In this document: piece by piece, positions 1-12,941 of the stretch | Layout of the letters: the number at the start of each line of letters is the position of its first letter | How positions within the stretch are numbered: the first letter of the stretch is position 1 | Assembly (NCBI GenBank): GCA_951406725.2 | Contig: OX597817.1 | Location: 61,938,001 to 62,002,000 of the forward strand | Reading direction: 5' to 3' | Source of the DNA: Octopus vulgaris | Taxonomy: Eukaryota | Length of the DNA: 64,000 nucleotides | The notes under the pieces: generated by a model | What the model was told of the DNA's origin: nothing | Seen by the model: only the letters and a program-made list of their open reading frames with translations | Database searches by the model: none | Made by a program: the position numbers and the translations under genes

Positions 1-1345
1 AAATTTTGGGTAAAATTTTCGGTGAAAAATTTCGGAAACATTTTTGGGTAAAGTTTTAGGTGAAAATTTTCAAAAAATTTTTGGGTAAAATTTTCGAAAA
101 ATTTTAGGTGAAAATTTTGGCTGAAAATTCTCTATAAATTTTCGAAAAATTTTTGGGTAAAATTTTCGGTGAAAATTTTCGGAAAATTTTTGGGGAAAAT
201 TTCCGTGAAAATTTTTGAAAAATTTTTGGGGAAAATTTTCGGTGAAAGTTTTCGAAATATTTTTTGGTAAAATCTTCGAAAAACCTTCTAGGAAAATTTT
301 CGTTAAATTTATCCATCCAATAGATTTTCTGCATAATTGAACGAAGTTGCTAGTGTACTAAAATGCTACATGATATTAATAGCATTAATCTTTCTTTAGA
401 ATAGTTAATAAAAATTCTTCTTCATAACCGAACGATAATGCTGTACCTTGAAATTTCATTTTACATTAATTGATTTTAACATGTAAAGATATACGACTTT
501 TTACGAGAGAACATTTAATTTAATTCCTGCCCTATAATTACCTAAGTATAAAATATATCCGTATTTTTTCTTAGCATTAACTTTAAAAATATTAAAACCT
601 GCTCATGTACCTTTTATTATATATCCTTTATCACTTTTGGGGAAAATTTTCGCTGAAAATTCTCGAAAAATTTTCGGAAAATTTTTGTGTAAAATTTTCG
701 GTGAAAATTAATGAAAAATTTTTGGGGAAAATTTTCGGTGGAAATTTTCGTAAAATTTTTGGGGAAAATTTTCGGCAAAAGTTTTCTAAAAATTTTTGGA
801 GAAAATTTTCGGTGAAAAATTTCGAAAAATTTCAGGGGAAAATTTTTGGAGAAAATTTTCACCGAATATTTTACCCAAAAATTTTGCGAAAATTTTCAAT
901 GAAAATTTTACTGAAAAATTTTCCGAAAATTTTACCCAAAAATTTTTCGAAAATTTTCACCAAAAATTTTCCCCACAAATTTTTCGAAATTTTTCACCGA
1001 AAATTTTACGAAATTTTCCCCAAAAATTTTTCAATAATTTTCACCGAAAATTTTACCCAAAAATTTTCCGAAAATTTTTCGAGAATTTTCCCAAAAATTT
1101 TTCGAGAATTTTCACCGAAAATTTTAGCCGAGAATTTTTCAAAAATTTTTCGAGAATTTTCCCCAAAAATTATTCCCCGATTTTGGCACCGCTGACCTTC
1201 CATACTTTTTGATTTTGGCACCGCTGGCCTTCCATACTTATTGATTTTGGCATCGCTGGCCTTCCAAATTTTCAAGAAACTTTTGAAAAATTTTGATGAA
1301 AAATTTTGATGAAAAATTTTTGGGTAAAATATTCGGTGAAAATTT
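1..1345. repeat. A/T-tract satellite-like array (units such as AAAATTTTCGGTG / AAAATTTTTGGGT) with an internal orientation switch; runs off the window start
   Basis: ~11-12 bp periodic A4T4 tracts at 1-305 and 636-850 (G-rich spacers), 851-1175 (C-rich, inverted) and 1270-1345; a unique AT-rich block lies at ~310-635. Confidence 0.85.
1179..1273 (+). repeat. 3 x 32-bp tandem repeat GATTTTGGCACCGCTGGCCTTCCATACTTTTT
   Basis: Units start at 1179, 1211 and 1243 with no spacers. Confidence 0.9.
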
Positions 1346-1527
1346 TTCTAGTTCATTTTCTTATTTCCTATATAAATTAATGGTAAGATATCTCTTTACC
1401 TTCACCCATTTAGTACACTCAGTAATGTAATTGCAATTGCATTGTATATTTGGGTATTTGTGTAATTGGGTATTCCACCAGCAGTATATTGGATAGTGGG
1501 TTGGATTCACAACCTCTAACTTTCTTG

Positions 1528-1560
<33 letters not shown>

Positions 1561-1561
<1 letters not shown>

Positions 1562-1697
1562 GACGGACTTCTTTCAGTTTCCATCTACCAAATCTACTGA
1601 AAAGGCTTTGGTTGGCCAGAGGCTATGGTAGAAGACATTTGACCAAGGTGCCATGTTGTGGGATTGAACTTGGCACCATGTAGTTGGGAAGCTACCT
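1561..1697 (-). mobile_element. SINE family A, partial (tRNA-like head, CORE-like CCTTGGGCAAGT body)
   Basis: Reverse complement matches the 5' half of the copy at 60088-60533. Confidence 0.75.
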
Positions 1698-1786
1698 TTT
1701 CTATTATATATAAAATTAAATGTTTTTTTCAATTCTTGCCAAACAGTGTGCCTTTCCATTTCTATTTTACTTCTTGTATATACCGC

Positions 1787-2000
1787 AAGGCGGCGAGCTG
1801 ACAGAAACATTAGCACGTCGGGCGAAATGCTTAGTGGTATTTCGTCTATCTTCACGTTCAGAGTTCAAATTCCGCTGAGGTTGACTTTGCCTTTCATCTT
1901 TCGGGGTCGATAGATTAAGTACCAGTTGCGTAGTGGGGTCGATCTAATCGACTAATCCCTTCCCCCAAAATTTCCGGCCTTGTGCCTAGAGTAGAAAAGA
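1787..2000 (+). mobile_element. SINE family B (tRNA-like head, Meta/MESC-like central domain)
   Basis: AAGGCGGCGAGCTG..GTTCAAATTCCGC..GCCTTTCATC..GGGGTCGAT..AGTACCAG..GCCTTGTGCC; more than 10 homologous copies in the window. Confidence 0.85.
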
Positions 2001-2421
2001 ATATATGTATACGTAATAGCTTCTAAAGACTCTCAGCCCATCGAATAATTCCGAATCATTACAGAGTTACTTCCCATGAACTTGCAAAGCTTATTTAAGA
2101 GTTGTTTCCCTTATATTTTCAAGCTAATGCATTCTGAATATGACTCAAAATTTTACGATGGATTCAGAATTGCTAGCTCATTATATAAGGTTCTAATTAT
2201 ATATAAATAGTTCTAATTATATATAAATAGTTAAGATTTCGTTGTGATTCGGTGAATTGGTTTCTTGCAGAGCCATGGTTGTAAACTGTTGTAGCTTTGT
2301 CAAGAAATGACTATTTCACAGTGTTATGACTCCGTATTTAATTTAGTTTTTATAACGTTTGTGATTTCTTGCTTTTTTTTTAAGATGAAGATTTACATAA
2401 ATATATTACAAACACACCCTT

Positions 2422-2458
<37 letters not shown>

Positions 2459-2857
2459 AAATAATGCAATACTGAAGCGCACATACGCTGTGCTAGAAAT
2501 TTACCCGAAAAAATTTAGACATACACATCTAATCTATCGTTTCGTTTTTGGTTATCCTTTTGAATGAGATTTCTACAAAATGTGATATATATAGGCAATC
2601 TTTGTTCTATTATAAAATGTCAACATATCTTGATTTTCTGTCTTCCACGGGGGTATCGTATATCTGCATACTATTCGGTTGAATGTGTCTTACTCCTGGT
2701 ACTTACGTAAGACGAATATTTATTCATAGTTTAACTTATGGTTATGAAAATCTAAGGATTTTAAAATGCGAATTAATTTCATGAAAAACTATCATATGTC
2801 CTTTAAATTTCCCACATGTCTAGTCACCATAAAAAAATATAATATATATATTGTAGA

Positions 2858-3066
2858 GGCGCAATGGCCTAGTGGTTAGGGCAGCGGACTCGCGGTCGCA
2901 GGATCGCGGTTTCGATTCTCAGACCGGGCGTTGTGTGTGTTTATTGAGCGAAAACACCTAAAAGCTCTACGAGGCTCCGGCAGGGGGTGGTGATCCCTGC
3001 TGTACTCTTTCACCACAATGGCGGTGCCCCAGCATGGCCACAGCTCAAGAGCTGAAACTGGAAAAA
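2858..3066 (+). mobile_element. SINE family C (tRNA-like head) joined to a family-A-like 3' tail
   Basis: Box A TGGCCTAGTGG and box-B-like GTTTCGATTC; homologous to 62543-62750; from 3020 GGCGGTGCCCCAGCATGGCCACAG matches family A tails. Confidence 0.75.
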
Positions 3067-3087
3067 CAAAAACAAAAACAAACAAAC

Positions 3088-3116
<29 letters not shown>

Positions 3117-3120
<4 letters not shown>

Positions 3121-3329
3121 AAATTAATATGTGACAGTTATTCGGTAGCCATGATAAAACTCCAAGTTTCGGATGTCGGGGCGGAAACCCACGCCGCCAT
3201 CTCGTGGGTTTCCGCCCCGACATCCGAAACTCGGAGATTTATCATGGCTACCGAATAACTGTCACATATTAATTTCACAGATAAATTCCTCTATTTACAT
3301 AATATCTTTCATTCTTTTGTTGTCTTACC

Positions 3330-3330
<1 letters not shown>
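3117..3330 (+). mobile_element. Fold-back non-autonomous element (Penelope pLTR-like), same family as 54075-54363, 5'-truncated
   Basis: 77-bp inverted arms at 3117-3193 and 3203-3279 (2 mismatches); the arm and tail GATAAATTCCTCTATTTACATAATAT align with 54221-54363; flanked by (TG)n and (TATG)n. Confidence 0.8.
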
Positions 3331-3362
<32 letters not shown>

Positions 3363-3560
3363 TGTATGTATGTATGTATGTATGTATGTATGTATGTATG
3401 TATGTATGTATGTATGTATGTATGTATGTATGTATGTATGTATGTATGTATGTATGTATGTATGTATGTATGTATGTATGTATGTATGTATGTATGTATG
3501 TATGTATGTATGTATGTATGTATGTATGTATGTATGTATGTATGTATGTATGTATGTATG

Positions 3561-3590
<30 letters not shown>
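3331..3590. repeat. (TATG)n microsatellite, ~260 bp, perfect
   Basis: Direct reading. Confidence 0.98.
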
Positions 3591-3592
<2 letters not shown>

Positions 3593-4133
3593 CTCGTTCT
3601 TACTCTTAGTGATTTTGTTAGTTCTTTAGCTGATACAGTGAAAGCAGTATAGATTGTGGGCACAGTTGAACAATATGCGTGTATGAAAGTGACATTCAGC
3701 CGCTACTCATCACGAAACGAATTGCATTCTTGGATCAATAACGACATAAGTAAGGAGGTCCCCCATACGTCTGAATTGCAGAATAGCATAGTTGTCACTT
3801 GCAAACGAGGGTGACCCAGTAGTGAATACCGTGCATTTTAGGTGCATATATAGTCGCGAATAGATACAGACACCCTCTAGGCCCTCTCACACTACACGCA
3901 GCAGAACATAAAAAGACGTGAGCAGTTAGAGGAGAGAAAGTCCCACTAGTCATAGGTTAATACTCATTTCCAGCAGTATACTAGAGCATCGTGAAATGAA
4001 GTGTTTTGTACAAGTACATGACGAACTATCCGTTCCAGGAATCGAAACTACAACTATATGACATGCAAATTCGTGGAATATTCTCTCTCTCTCTCTCTAT
4101 ATATATATATAATATATATATATTCTTTTTTTC

Positions 4134-4567
4134 GTGCAGGCATGGCTGTGTAGTTAAAGAAGCTTGCTTTGCTACCGTGTAGTTTCGAGTTCAATCTCAC
4201 CGTACGGCACCTTGGGCAAGATTCTTTTACTATAGCCATGTGCCGATCAGCGCCTTGTGTGTGTAGTTGGTGGAGAGAAATTGTGTGGAATCCCATCGAA
4301 TGTGTGTGTATGAGAGAGAGAGAGAGAGAGAGAGAAAGAGTTTTTGTATGTATTTGTCTCCCGCTCACCGCTTGACAACCGATGTTGATTTCCTTGCGTC
4401 GCAGTAACTTAACAGTTTGGCAAAAGGCACCGATAGGATGAGCAACAGACTTATAACATATGTACGGTGACGTGGTGGTGGGGGGGCGATTTGATCGTCT
4501 AAACACTTTAGGTCGGTACTCCAGCATCGTTGCAATTCAAGGATTAAAACAAGTAAAAAATAAAAGA
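4134..4567 (+). mobile_element. SINE family A, diverged full-length copy
   Basis: GGCTGTGTAGTTAA..CCTTGGGCAAG..internal microsatellite..GCTTGACAACCGATG..CTCCAGCAT..AAACAAGTAAAA. Confidence 0.8.
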
Positions 4568-4953
4568 AAAAAACGACAAAAGCCGTGATCTTGAGCCTGG
4601 CACCATAATGAACGAGGCACCGTGCTAATCAAAAATGAGTCTGAGGGTGAAGTTGAGATCGTTCCGAAATATTAATGGGATGATGGATTTGTGAAAGCTA
4701 ATGTTTCCGGGGGTGGCGGGGAGAAACCAGAAGCTTAGACAACGCTCTCGCCACTTTGTCGGTCGCCATAGTAGGTTACATTGCATAATGAAAGGTACTG
4801 TTCTGACTACAAGTTTTATGTTAGACTATCTTTTTCCTAGAAGGGTTGCCTTCGCCACAGCTTTGTTGTAAACAAGAGACGCCTCGTCTACCTCCTGAGA
4901 AATCTAGTTAACCCATAGATGTTTTGGGTTTGCTAACGACTTACCTTCTTAGA

Positions 4954-5475
<522 letters not shown>

Positions 5476-5484
5476 CTTAGATAT

Positions 5485-6570
5485 GTTTCTTTATTAGCCA
5501 CACCGGGCTGCACACAGATAGAACAAATTACAAGGTAGAGCTTTTCTTTTGAAGGGTTAGAAAAAAAAAAAAAAAAAAAAAAAAGGAAGGGGGAGTTTCG
5601 ATCAAAAGGGATCGTAAAAGGAGAGAAAGAGGACAAAAAAGGGGGGGTTAAAAAAAAGGGGGAGGAAAAAAAATTGATCAATAGGGATCGTTATCACAGA
5701 AATGTCAATATGAAGTGTAAAGGGGAGGACAGGTGAGGTTTACCCGTGGAAAGAAAAGCCTACGGAAAAGACCACGGTAACCTCGGTCAATGAAGTCACA
5801 TTTTATATTTCTTTTTTTTTTTTTTTTTTTTTTTTGTTTTGCAAATAAGCAACTTTCTGTTTTCGATTTCTGGGTTCATAGGACTATGCTCAAGGTGGCT
5901 TCGTCATTCATACGTGCCATTCTTGCTACATTCACCCATCTTTTTTTAAAACATTCGCTAGACAAAACTTGCCTCTCTACTCTCACTTTCCTTTTCAAGT
6001 GGTACTTGAAGAAGTTGATGAGAGATTGACCAGAGAGGAAAGTGTTTGTCTCCAATCCTTTCAGACGCGTCCACCAGATACATTCCTTCGCCATAGCCAC
6101 AAGGATGATGAAAATAGCTCTTCCTTCCCGTTTGAAGGAAGGAGGCGTGACAATATTGACGATAGACTCAGCTGATAAACCGACTCGTCCCACACGTGAC
6201 AGCAGTTGTTCGACACAAGCCCACAGGTCGGAAATTGTTGGACACTGAACGAGTGCGTGCAGAACGGTTTCGTCGCTCTGACCGCATCTCGGGCAGGTCG
6301 GCCCCGTGTTTCTCGAGCCGTGTCTGTAGAGCTTATCCCGAACGGGTAGCGCTTCTCGGTAGCACTGCCAGGCCAGGGATCTCTGGAAGTTGTCCATGGG
6401 CCCTGGCCCGAAAGTCGTCCTGAACAGGCGGGTCAGGTACTCCTCGTCGACGTCCAGGTTCGCCCCGAGCTCGTCGTCGTACCTCCCCTCCACTAAACCC
6501 CTATAGAATGCTTTGGTTGTGTTGAAGTCACTTAAGGTCGACCCAGGACGGCAGAGTTGCTTGAGAGCAA
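5485..6570 (-). mobile_element. Tx1/L1-clade LINE, 5'-truncated: ORF2 C-terminus (zf-RVT zinc finger) plus 3' UTR
   Basis: Open frame 6570-5876 with AWQCYREALPVRDKL..CPRCGQSDETVLHALVQCP..IWWTR; pyrimidine-rich 3' UTR with AATAAA; (GATA)n on both sides. Confidence 0.88.
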
Positions 6571-6615
6571 GATAGATAGATGGATAGATAGATAGATAAA
6601 CATACACACACACAC

Positions 6616-6666
<51 letters not shown>

Positions 6667-6769
6667 CACATATATACAGTGAAACTTTACTATTGCATCG
6701 TATATTACTGCCATTTCCAGTAAATATTGGTGCGTTGTTGTACCACTTTCCTGTATGTATGTATGTATG

Positions 6770-6805
<36 letters not shown>

Positions 6806-7091
6806 CATACATACATACATGCATACATACATACATACATGCATACATACATACATACATACATACATACATACATACATACATACATACATACATGCAT
6901 ACATACATACATACATACATATATACATACAATATATTCGTGCAACCATACACGTGTGTGTGTGTGTGTGAGTATGTGCGTGCGCGCGTATGCGCGCATA
7001 CATACACGTACATGCACACAGACGCATAATTCAGATAGATAAACCAGTTTACTTATTGCAATTTAATAGAAGTAAAAGAAAAGCTGGAAGC

Positions 7092-7154
<63 letters not shown>

Positions 7155-7367
7155 TAATAATAATAATAATAAAACTTAGGAAAACGTAATCTGTTTCGAT
7201 AAATAAAACATTTGTGTTGCTAACATAATAAATCACCTAACATTGAAACAAGAAAAGAAAATACCTAAGGTAAATATTTATATAAAATATTCGTATGTTC
7301 TATTTACCTGGAAGAAAATCTATATAGAATGTTTATCAAACATGTAGGCATAATTATTAGAGCTATA

Positions 7368-7510
7368 AAGGTGGCGAGATGGCAGAATTGTTAGCACGCC
7401 GGGAAAAATGCGTAGCCGTATTTCGTCAGCCGTTACGTTCTGAGTTCAAATTCCGCCGAGGTCGACTTTACCATTCATCCTCTCGGGGTCGATAAATTTA
7501 ATACCAGTCT
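7368..7510 (+). mobile_element. SINE family B, 3'-truncated
   Basis: Homology to 1787-2000. Confidence 0.8.
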
Positions 7511-7839
7511 GGGGACAGCTGCTGGTCTGCTTGGATCAATATGTGAGCGTTCAACATAAAACTGTTTAATTAATAAGATACTGTCAAAACCATAAATATG
7601 CGAATTAGGTTATTCAGCACAGTACTAGTCTAATTCATGACTGCTTTATAATTAGCTGAGCTACTCTACCATTTTGAGATAGAAACTGGGTACTTTTTCT
7701 CCGAAGAGTGGTCAGCAAACTGTGAAACAGTCCACCAGGAGACTTCCTCTCTCTTTATTTCCAACCAATATATCATAGAAAGAGTCTGTATAATTCTTAT
7801 TTAATCCATAGTGTATATATATATATATAAATATACACT

Positions 7840-8274
7840 AGGTGAAGGAGTGGCTGTGTGGTAAGAAGCTTCCTTCTTAACTACACGGTTGTGGGTTTAG
7901 TCTCACTGCATGGCACTTTGGACTAGTGTCTTACACTATAGTCTCGGACCAACCAAAGCCTTGTGAGTGGATTTTGTAGACGGAAACTGAAAAAAGCCCG
8001 TCGTATATGCATGTGTATGTGTGTGTGTATGTGTGTGTATGTGTGTGTGTATGTGTGTGTGTGTATGTATGTGTGTGTGTATGTGCGTGTGTGTATGTGT
8101 GTGTGTGTGTGTGTGTGTCTTTAGCGTGTATTTACGTCCCATAACTTAGCAGTTCCGCAAAGAGACCGACAGAATAAATGCTAGGCTTACAAAGAATATG
8201 TCCTAGAGTCGATTTGCTGGACTAAATGCGGTGCTCTAGCATGGCCGCAGTCAAATGATTGAAACAAGTAAAGA
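7840..8274 (+). mobile_element. SINE family A with expanded internal (TG)n
   Basis: Homology to 60088-60533. Confidence 0.85.
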
Positions 8275-8316
8275 TTATACGATATATATATACCTATTAT
8301 CTATAATATATGTATG

Positions 8317-8351
<35 letters not shown>

Positions 8352-8639
8352 CATGTATGTATGTATGTATGTATGTATGTATGTATGTATGTATGTATGT
8401 AGCAGATATATCCGGCAACAAGAGAATAATGAAATTTAAAACGCCGTCTAGATTACGCAAGTCTCAACTGCTAGTAGCTGAGATACCAACTTTCTACATT
8501 AATAACAATGTTCTATGCCAGCATAGAACATAGACGTTAAGTGAAATGTTAAAAGAAAGTTTTCAACACATATATGTATATAAAGTAAATACATGTAATT
8601 CAAAAACACGTTTTGTATAGCTTATTTCGTAAACCCAAA

Positions 8640-8940
8640 ACAAGTACAGATTATAAACAATGAAAAGCCGATTCATTTGACACAGAGTCAATCCGATGAT
8701 AAATCTGCCTTGGATCTTGAAAGTTTGCATGAATCCTTGCTCAGTTAAATCTCTGGTGGCTCCAAATAATGTCATCCATGGTGCAGCGTTGTATTGCCTA
8801 ATTTTGTTTTGTAAGTGCTTGGAATTTTGGTCTGTTGATGACAGTTTCTTCAATGGCTCTGGAGGTTGGGGGATTGCAGGGAGTTAACCTTTCCACCACT
8901 GCAGCACAGCGTAGGTGTCTCTCTAGGCTACTTCCCTGCT
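8640..8940 (-). pseudogene. Helitron Rep/helicase N-terminal fragment
   Basis: LCCSGGKV followed by SKHLQNKIRQYNAA.WMTLFGAT..GFMQTFKIQG, matching the Helitron consensus (CC..GKV..SKHFL.NIR.YN..F.MTSFG..TFKIQG); frameshifted. Confidence 0.75.
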
Positions 8941-9169
8941 TTATAATGTATGCACTCAGTTGTCATTGCACCAATGGAAACTCTAGTATCATCTGCGTAA
9001 TGAACTGCTGGATCAGCTGCTGCAGCCCACGTTTCTTTCAGTTTTAGTCGAGTAGTGGTCAGTTTAGAGTGCTTATTTGTGTTCTAATGACTTTTTTGTT
9101 ACTCTGTGTTGTATAATTTACAAATTCATGTAGCAAGTTGCACTTAAAGTGTGAAAAACGTGTTATTTC

Positions 9170-10053
9170 AATTCCAGGCCGAGGAGGGTAAATAAAGAAA
9201 TCTTAGTCCCCATAAAACCGGACAAATAGAAATGCATTTGAAGGCTATCTCAGTTAAACAGAGAGAAATTTACAAGGAAATTAAATGTTTCAACTCAGAC
9301 AGTTAGTGCACTTAAGAAAAAAATGGAAAAGAACGAGGATTTGATGGCAAAAGGGTTGGTAACTGTGGTAGGAAATAAGTAACAACCCCTAGAATTGATA
9401 AAAAATAAAAAGAATTTCTGTCAATAGAGTATCTTGAAGTAAGATTTCCCATGAAGAGAACATCACAGTGCATCGAAGAACAATTAACAACAGACTTTTG
9501 GAAGGTGAATTACACGCATATCATCCAAGGAAAAAATCATGCATGGGCTAAACATCATTATTGCAAGGACTTCTGAGCAATGGGAGCAGGTAAGGATATC
9601 TAAAATAGTGGATTAGAGTCTTTATGTTTTGTATCCATGATAGAATATGATATTATTGATAAAATAAAATGTTACCATTTTTAGCCAATTGTAGGGATTA
9701 AAAAAATAAGGTGTTACCATTGATTTCAGTCATCAAACCAGCTTTATAAGGGATTATTTAAAAATAGCTATTAATTTCTGATTTTCATAGACTGAAACAA
9801 TAACTTATTCTGGATGTCCTTTTAATCAAATATGGTTTTCAATTGTTGCTGGTGGTGTTTTCGAATGAATCCACTATAGCAGTGATCGACGATCGGGTGC
9901 AAAGTGTGAGAAGGAGGCTTGGTGAGGAGTTTCGTCCGGGTTGTCTTCGAAAAACACTTAAATTTTCACAGAAGATTATGGTTTGGGGGACAATTTTTGC
10001 CCATGGAACTAGTCGCCTGAAAATAATTGAAGGTTCTATGAACCAAGAGAACT
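9170..10053 (+). mobile_element. Tc1-like transposase remnant with an apparent intron
   Basis: AWAKHH..EQWEQ (9541-9589), GTAAG donor at 9590, resumes at 9852 [30 protein letters not shown] (DDE first-Asp motif FSDES decayed). Confidence 0.75.
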
Positions 10054-10090
10054 ACATATATATATATGTATGTATGTATATATATGTATG

Positions 10091-10179
<89 letters not shown>

Positions 10180-11059
10180 TACGGAGTGGAAGACAGTTGG
10201 CAAAAATAAATTGCATATGTGAATGATAAAATGATACTATACTTAATATGGATGACCAGACTATGAATTTTGTGCGTAGGATAGACTCAATATATTAGAT
10301 TAAGTAGGATTTGCAGATTTAATAGTGGTGGGAGGAGGAGAAGCCGAAGTAAGAGATTGCGGGGGAAGAGGAGACAGAATGAGGGAAATGACAGTTAATT
10401 AGTGTCAGTGTTCATTGGGAATTGGAGAGGAACAAAGGTTTTTGTATAATACATTAGGCGGGGTAAAATCGTATTTACTTCTCACAAATGACTCCATTTT
10501 CTTTTCTCTCGTGAATGAAGAAAACCTTTGATTTAAATCGCCCACGACTCATTCAGTAGCTTTTACACACCAGAGGGCCAACATTCAACTCTATGCTGGA
10601 TATTCCTCACTGGTTACGTCATCTAGCTAAATCATCATACAACGGACGCGCTCTCACACACGTAAACGCACAAGCAACGCACACAAACGTACACATATAT
10701 TTGAATGTATAATAAAATGCATACATACATATATACATGCAAAGGCGGTTCAGAAGTGTTACCAGCAGTGGCTGAACCGAGTGGAGAAGTGTGTGAACAC
10801 TCAAGGGAGGGTATTTTTGTTTTTATTTTTAAGCTGATAAAACAAAATATGTGGAATGTACACAATCGCTTTTCTTATGCCCAAAGAGTGGATACGTTTT
10901 GAACACATCTCGTAGGTGTGAGAATGGAAGAAAAATAAAAGATGGAACCTTATGGGAGGAGGAAAAGATAAAGGGTCATATAAATAAAAGAATAAATAAA
11001 AATATATATGAATAAATACATGACTAATAATAATAATAATGATAATAATAATAATAATT

Positions 11060-11269
11060 TCAAATTTTGGCACAAGGCCAGCAATTTCGGGGAAGGGGTT
11101 AAGTCGATTACATCGACCTCAGTACTCAATCGGTGCTTATTTTTATCGACCCCCGAGAGAATGAAAGGCAAAGCCAATCACGGCAGAATTTTAACTCAGA
11201 ACATAAGAACGGACGAAATGCCACGGAGCATTTTGGCCGGCAGGCTAACGATTCTGCCAAGCTCGCCTT
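11060..11269 (-). mobile_element. SINE family B
   Basis: Reverse-complement homology to 1787-2000. Confidence 0.8.
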
Positions 11270-11326
11270 CTTAACAACAACAACAACAATAATGATAATA
11301 ATAACAACAACAATAATGATAATGAT

Positions 11327-11365
<39 letters not shown>

Positions 11366-11378
11366 AATAATAATAATG

Positions 11379-11829
11379 ATATGCCGATACACACAGATAG
11401 AGAAATTAAGGCTAACAGACCAGATATAGTTGTCAGAGATCATGAAGAAAAAAATGCTTTCTAATTGATATATCAATACCAGCAGATGACAACGTGTCTC
11501 TAAAAGAAATGGAGAAACTTTCAAAATACAAAGACCTGGAAATAGAGGTAACCAGAATGTGGAATCTAAAAACAGAAACAATTCCTATCATAGTAGGTGC
11601 ATTAGGCATGATAAAAAATATTCAGACAAATACATAACAAAAACACCAGGACTTATAAACACATATAACATACAGAAAATTGCACTACTAGGCACTGCAC
11701 ACATCCTACGCAGAACACTTTCCATACAATAACCATCAGAGCATCACAACAAATCACAGCACATACCCAAAGGCATACACAGAGCTGCGCTCGGTAGTGA
11801 AGTGAAAATACGCTATAAAAATAAAACTA

Positions 11830-11832
<3 letters not shown>
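11379..11832 (+). mobile_element. R4/Dong-like LINE 3' fragment (restriction-like endonuclease) in (TAA)n
   Basis: ANRPDIVVRD..CFLIDISIP.D.NVSLKEMEKLSKYKDLEIEVTRMW..IPIIVGALG..IQKIALLGTAHILRRTL (frameshifted); (TAA)n on both sides. Confidence 0.88.
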
Positions 11833-11888
<56 letters not shown>

Positions 11889-11897
11889 TAATAATAA

Positions 11898-12115
11898 TAA
11901 TCCTTTCTACTGGAAGCACAAGGCCTCAAATTTTGGGGAAGGAATTAAGTCGTTTACATCGATCTCAGTGCGTAACTGGTACTTATTTAATCGACCCCGA
12001 AAGGATGAAAGGCAAAGTCGACCTCGCCGGAATCTGAACTCAGAGCGTAGCGGCAGACGAAATACCGCTGAGCATTTTGCCCTGTGGAATAACGATTCTG
12101 CCAGCTCGCCGCTTT
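11898..12115 (-). mobile_element. SINE family B
   Basis: Reverse-complement homology to 1787-2000. Confidence 0.85.
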
Positions 12116-12734
12116 AACAACAACAACAACAACAACAACAACACTACCACCACCAATAATAATAATAATAACAACAACAACAAAAAATACTCAGATGCAA
12201 TACCAGGCAGTGGCTCTCATGGCTTCTGACTTTAACTATATGGATGTACTGTCAGGTACATGTTTTGTCTTGGTGTAAAACATGGGTTACAACAAATACT
12301 CTGCTCGATAACTCAGATTTGCTTGTAACTTGCTTGAACTTAACCAGATGAGCATGACCTTTAGTGGCTGTATGTAGCGGCTGACGAGTAGGAGCAGTGG
12401 GGGAGCATTATCGCCATGTGTTGGGATGAATTCTTTGGGGTTTGAATAATTCACCTTTGGAATCATGGGTATTTTGTTCATCATCTTTAAACAACCCTTA
12501 TTCAGAAACTTCTTGATCGAGATGGCTACTCGATCTGAAGAAATTTCTAATTGGGCCTCATCTGTAAGGTCATGCGTTGTTTATCTTAATATGAGATGAT
12601 CAGGTCACGCACATATGGTTGTGATGCGTATGCCTAGTGTCCCCTTATTAGACGGGTGTACCAGGTACATGAAAATCGTTTTTGAAATATCGTAACAGTT
12701 TCAAGTAACGTTTGTTAAAACATAAACATACAAA

Positions 12735-12805
<71 letters not shown>

Positions 12806-12866
12806 TCATATAAATTGATAGATAGATAGATAGATGTCTGTGTGCGTGTGTGTTTATGTGTGCGTA

Positions 12867-12941
<75 letters not shown>

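Noticed and set aside
1179-1273. 32-bp repeats as a CRISPR array
   Set aside because: No spacers, no cas genes, eukaryotic context
104-1275. K/F/N/I-rich ORFs
   Set aside because: Translations of the A/T-tract satellite, open on both strands
2858-2930. Genuine tRNA genes (also at 33278 and 62543)
   Set aside because: Imperfect cloverleaf continuing into repeated SINE bodies with no terminator
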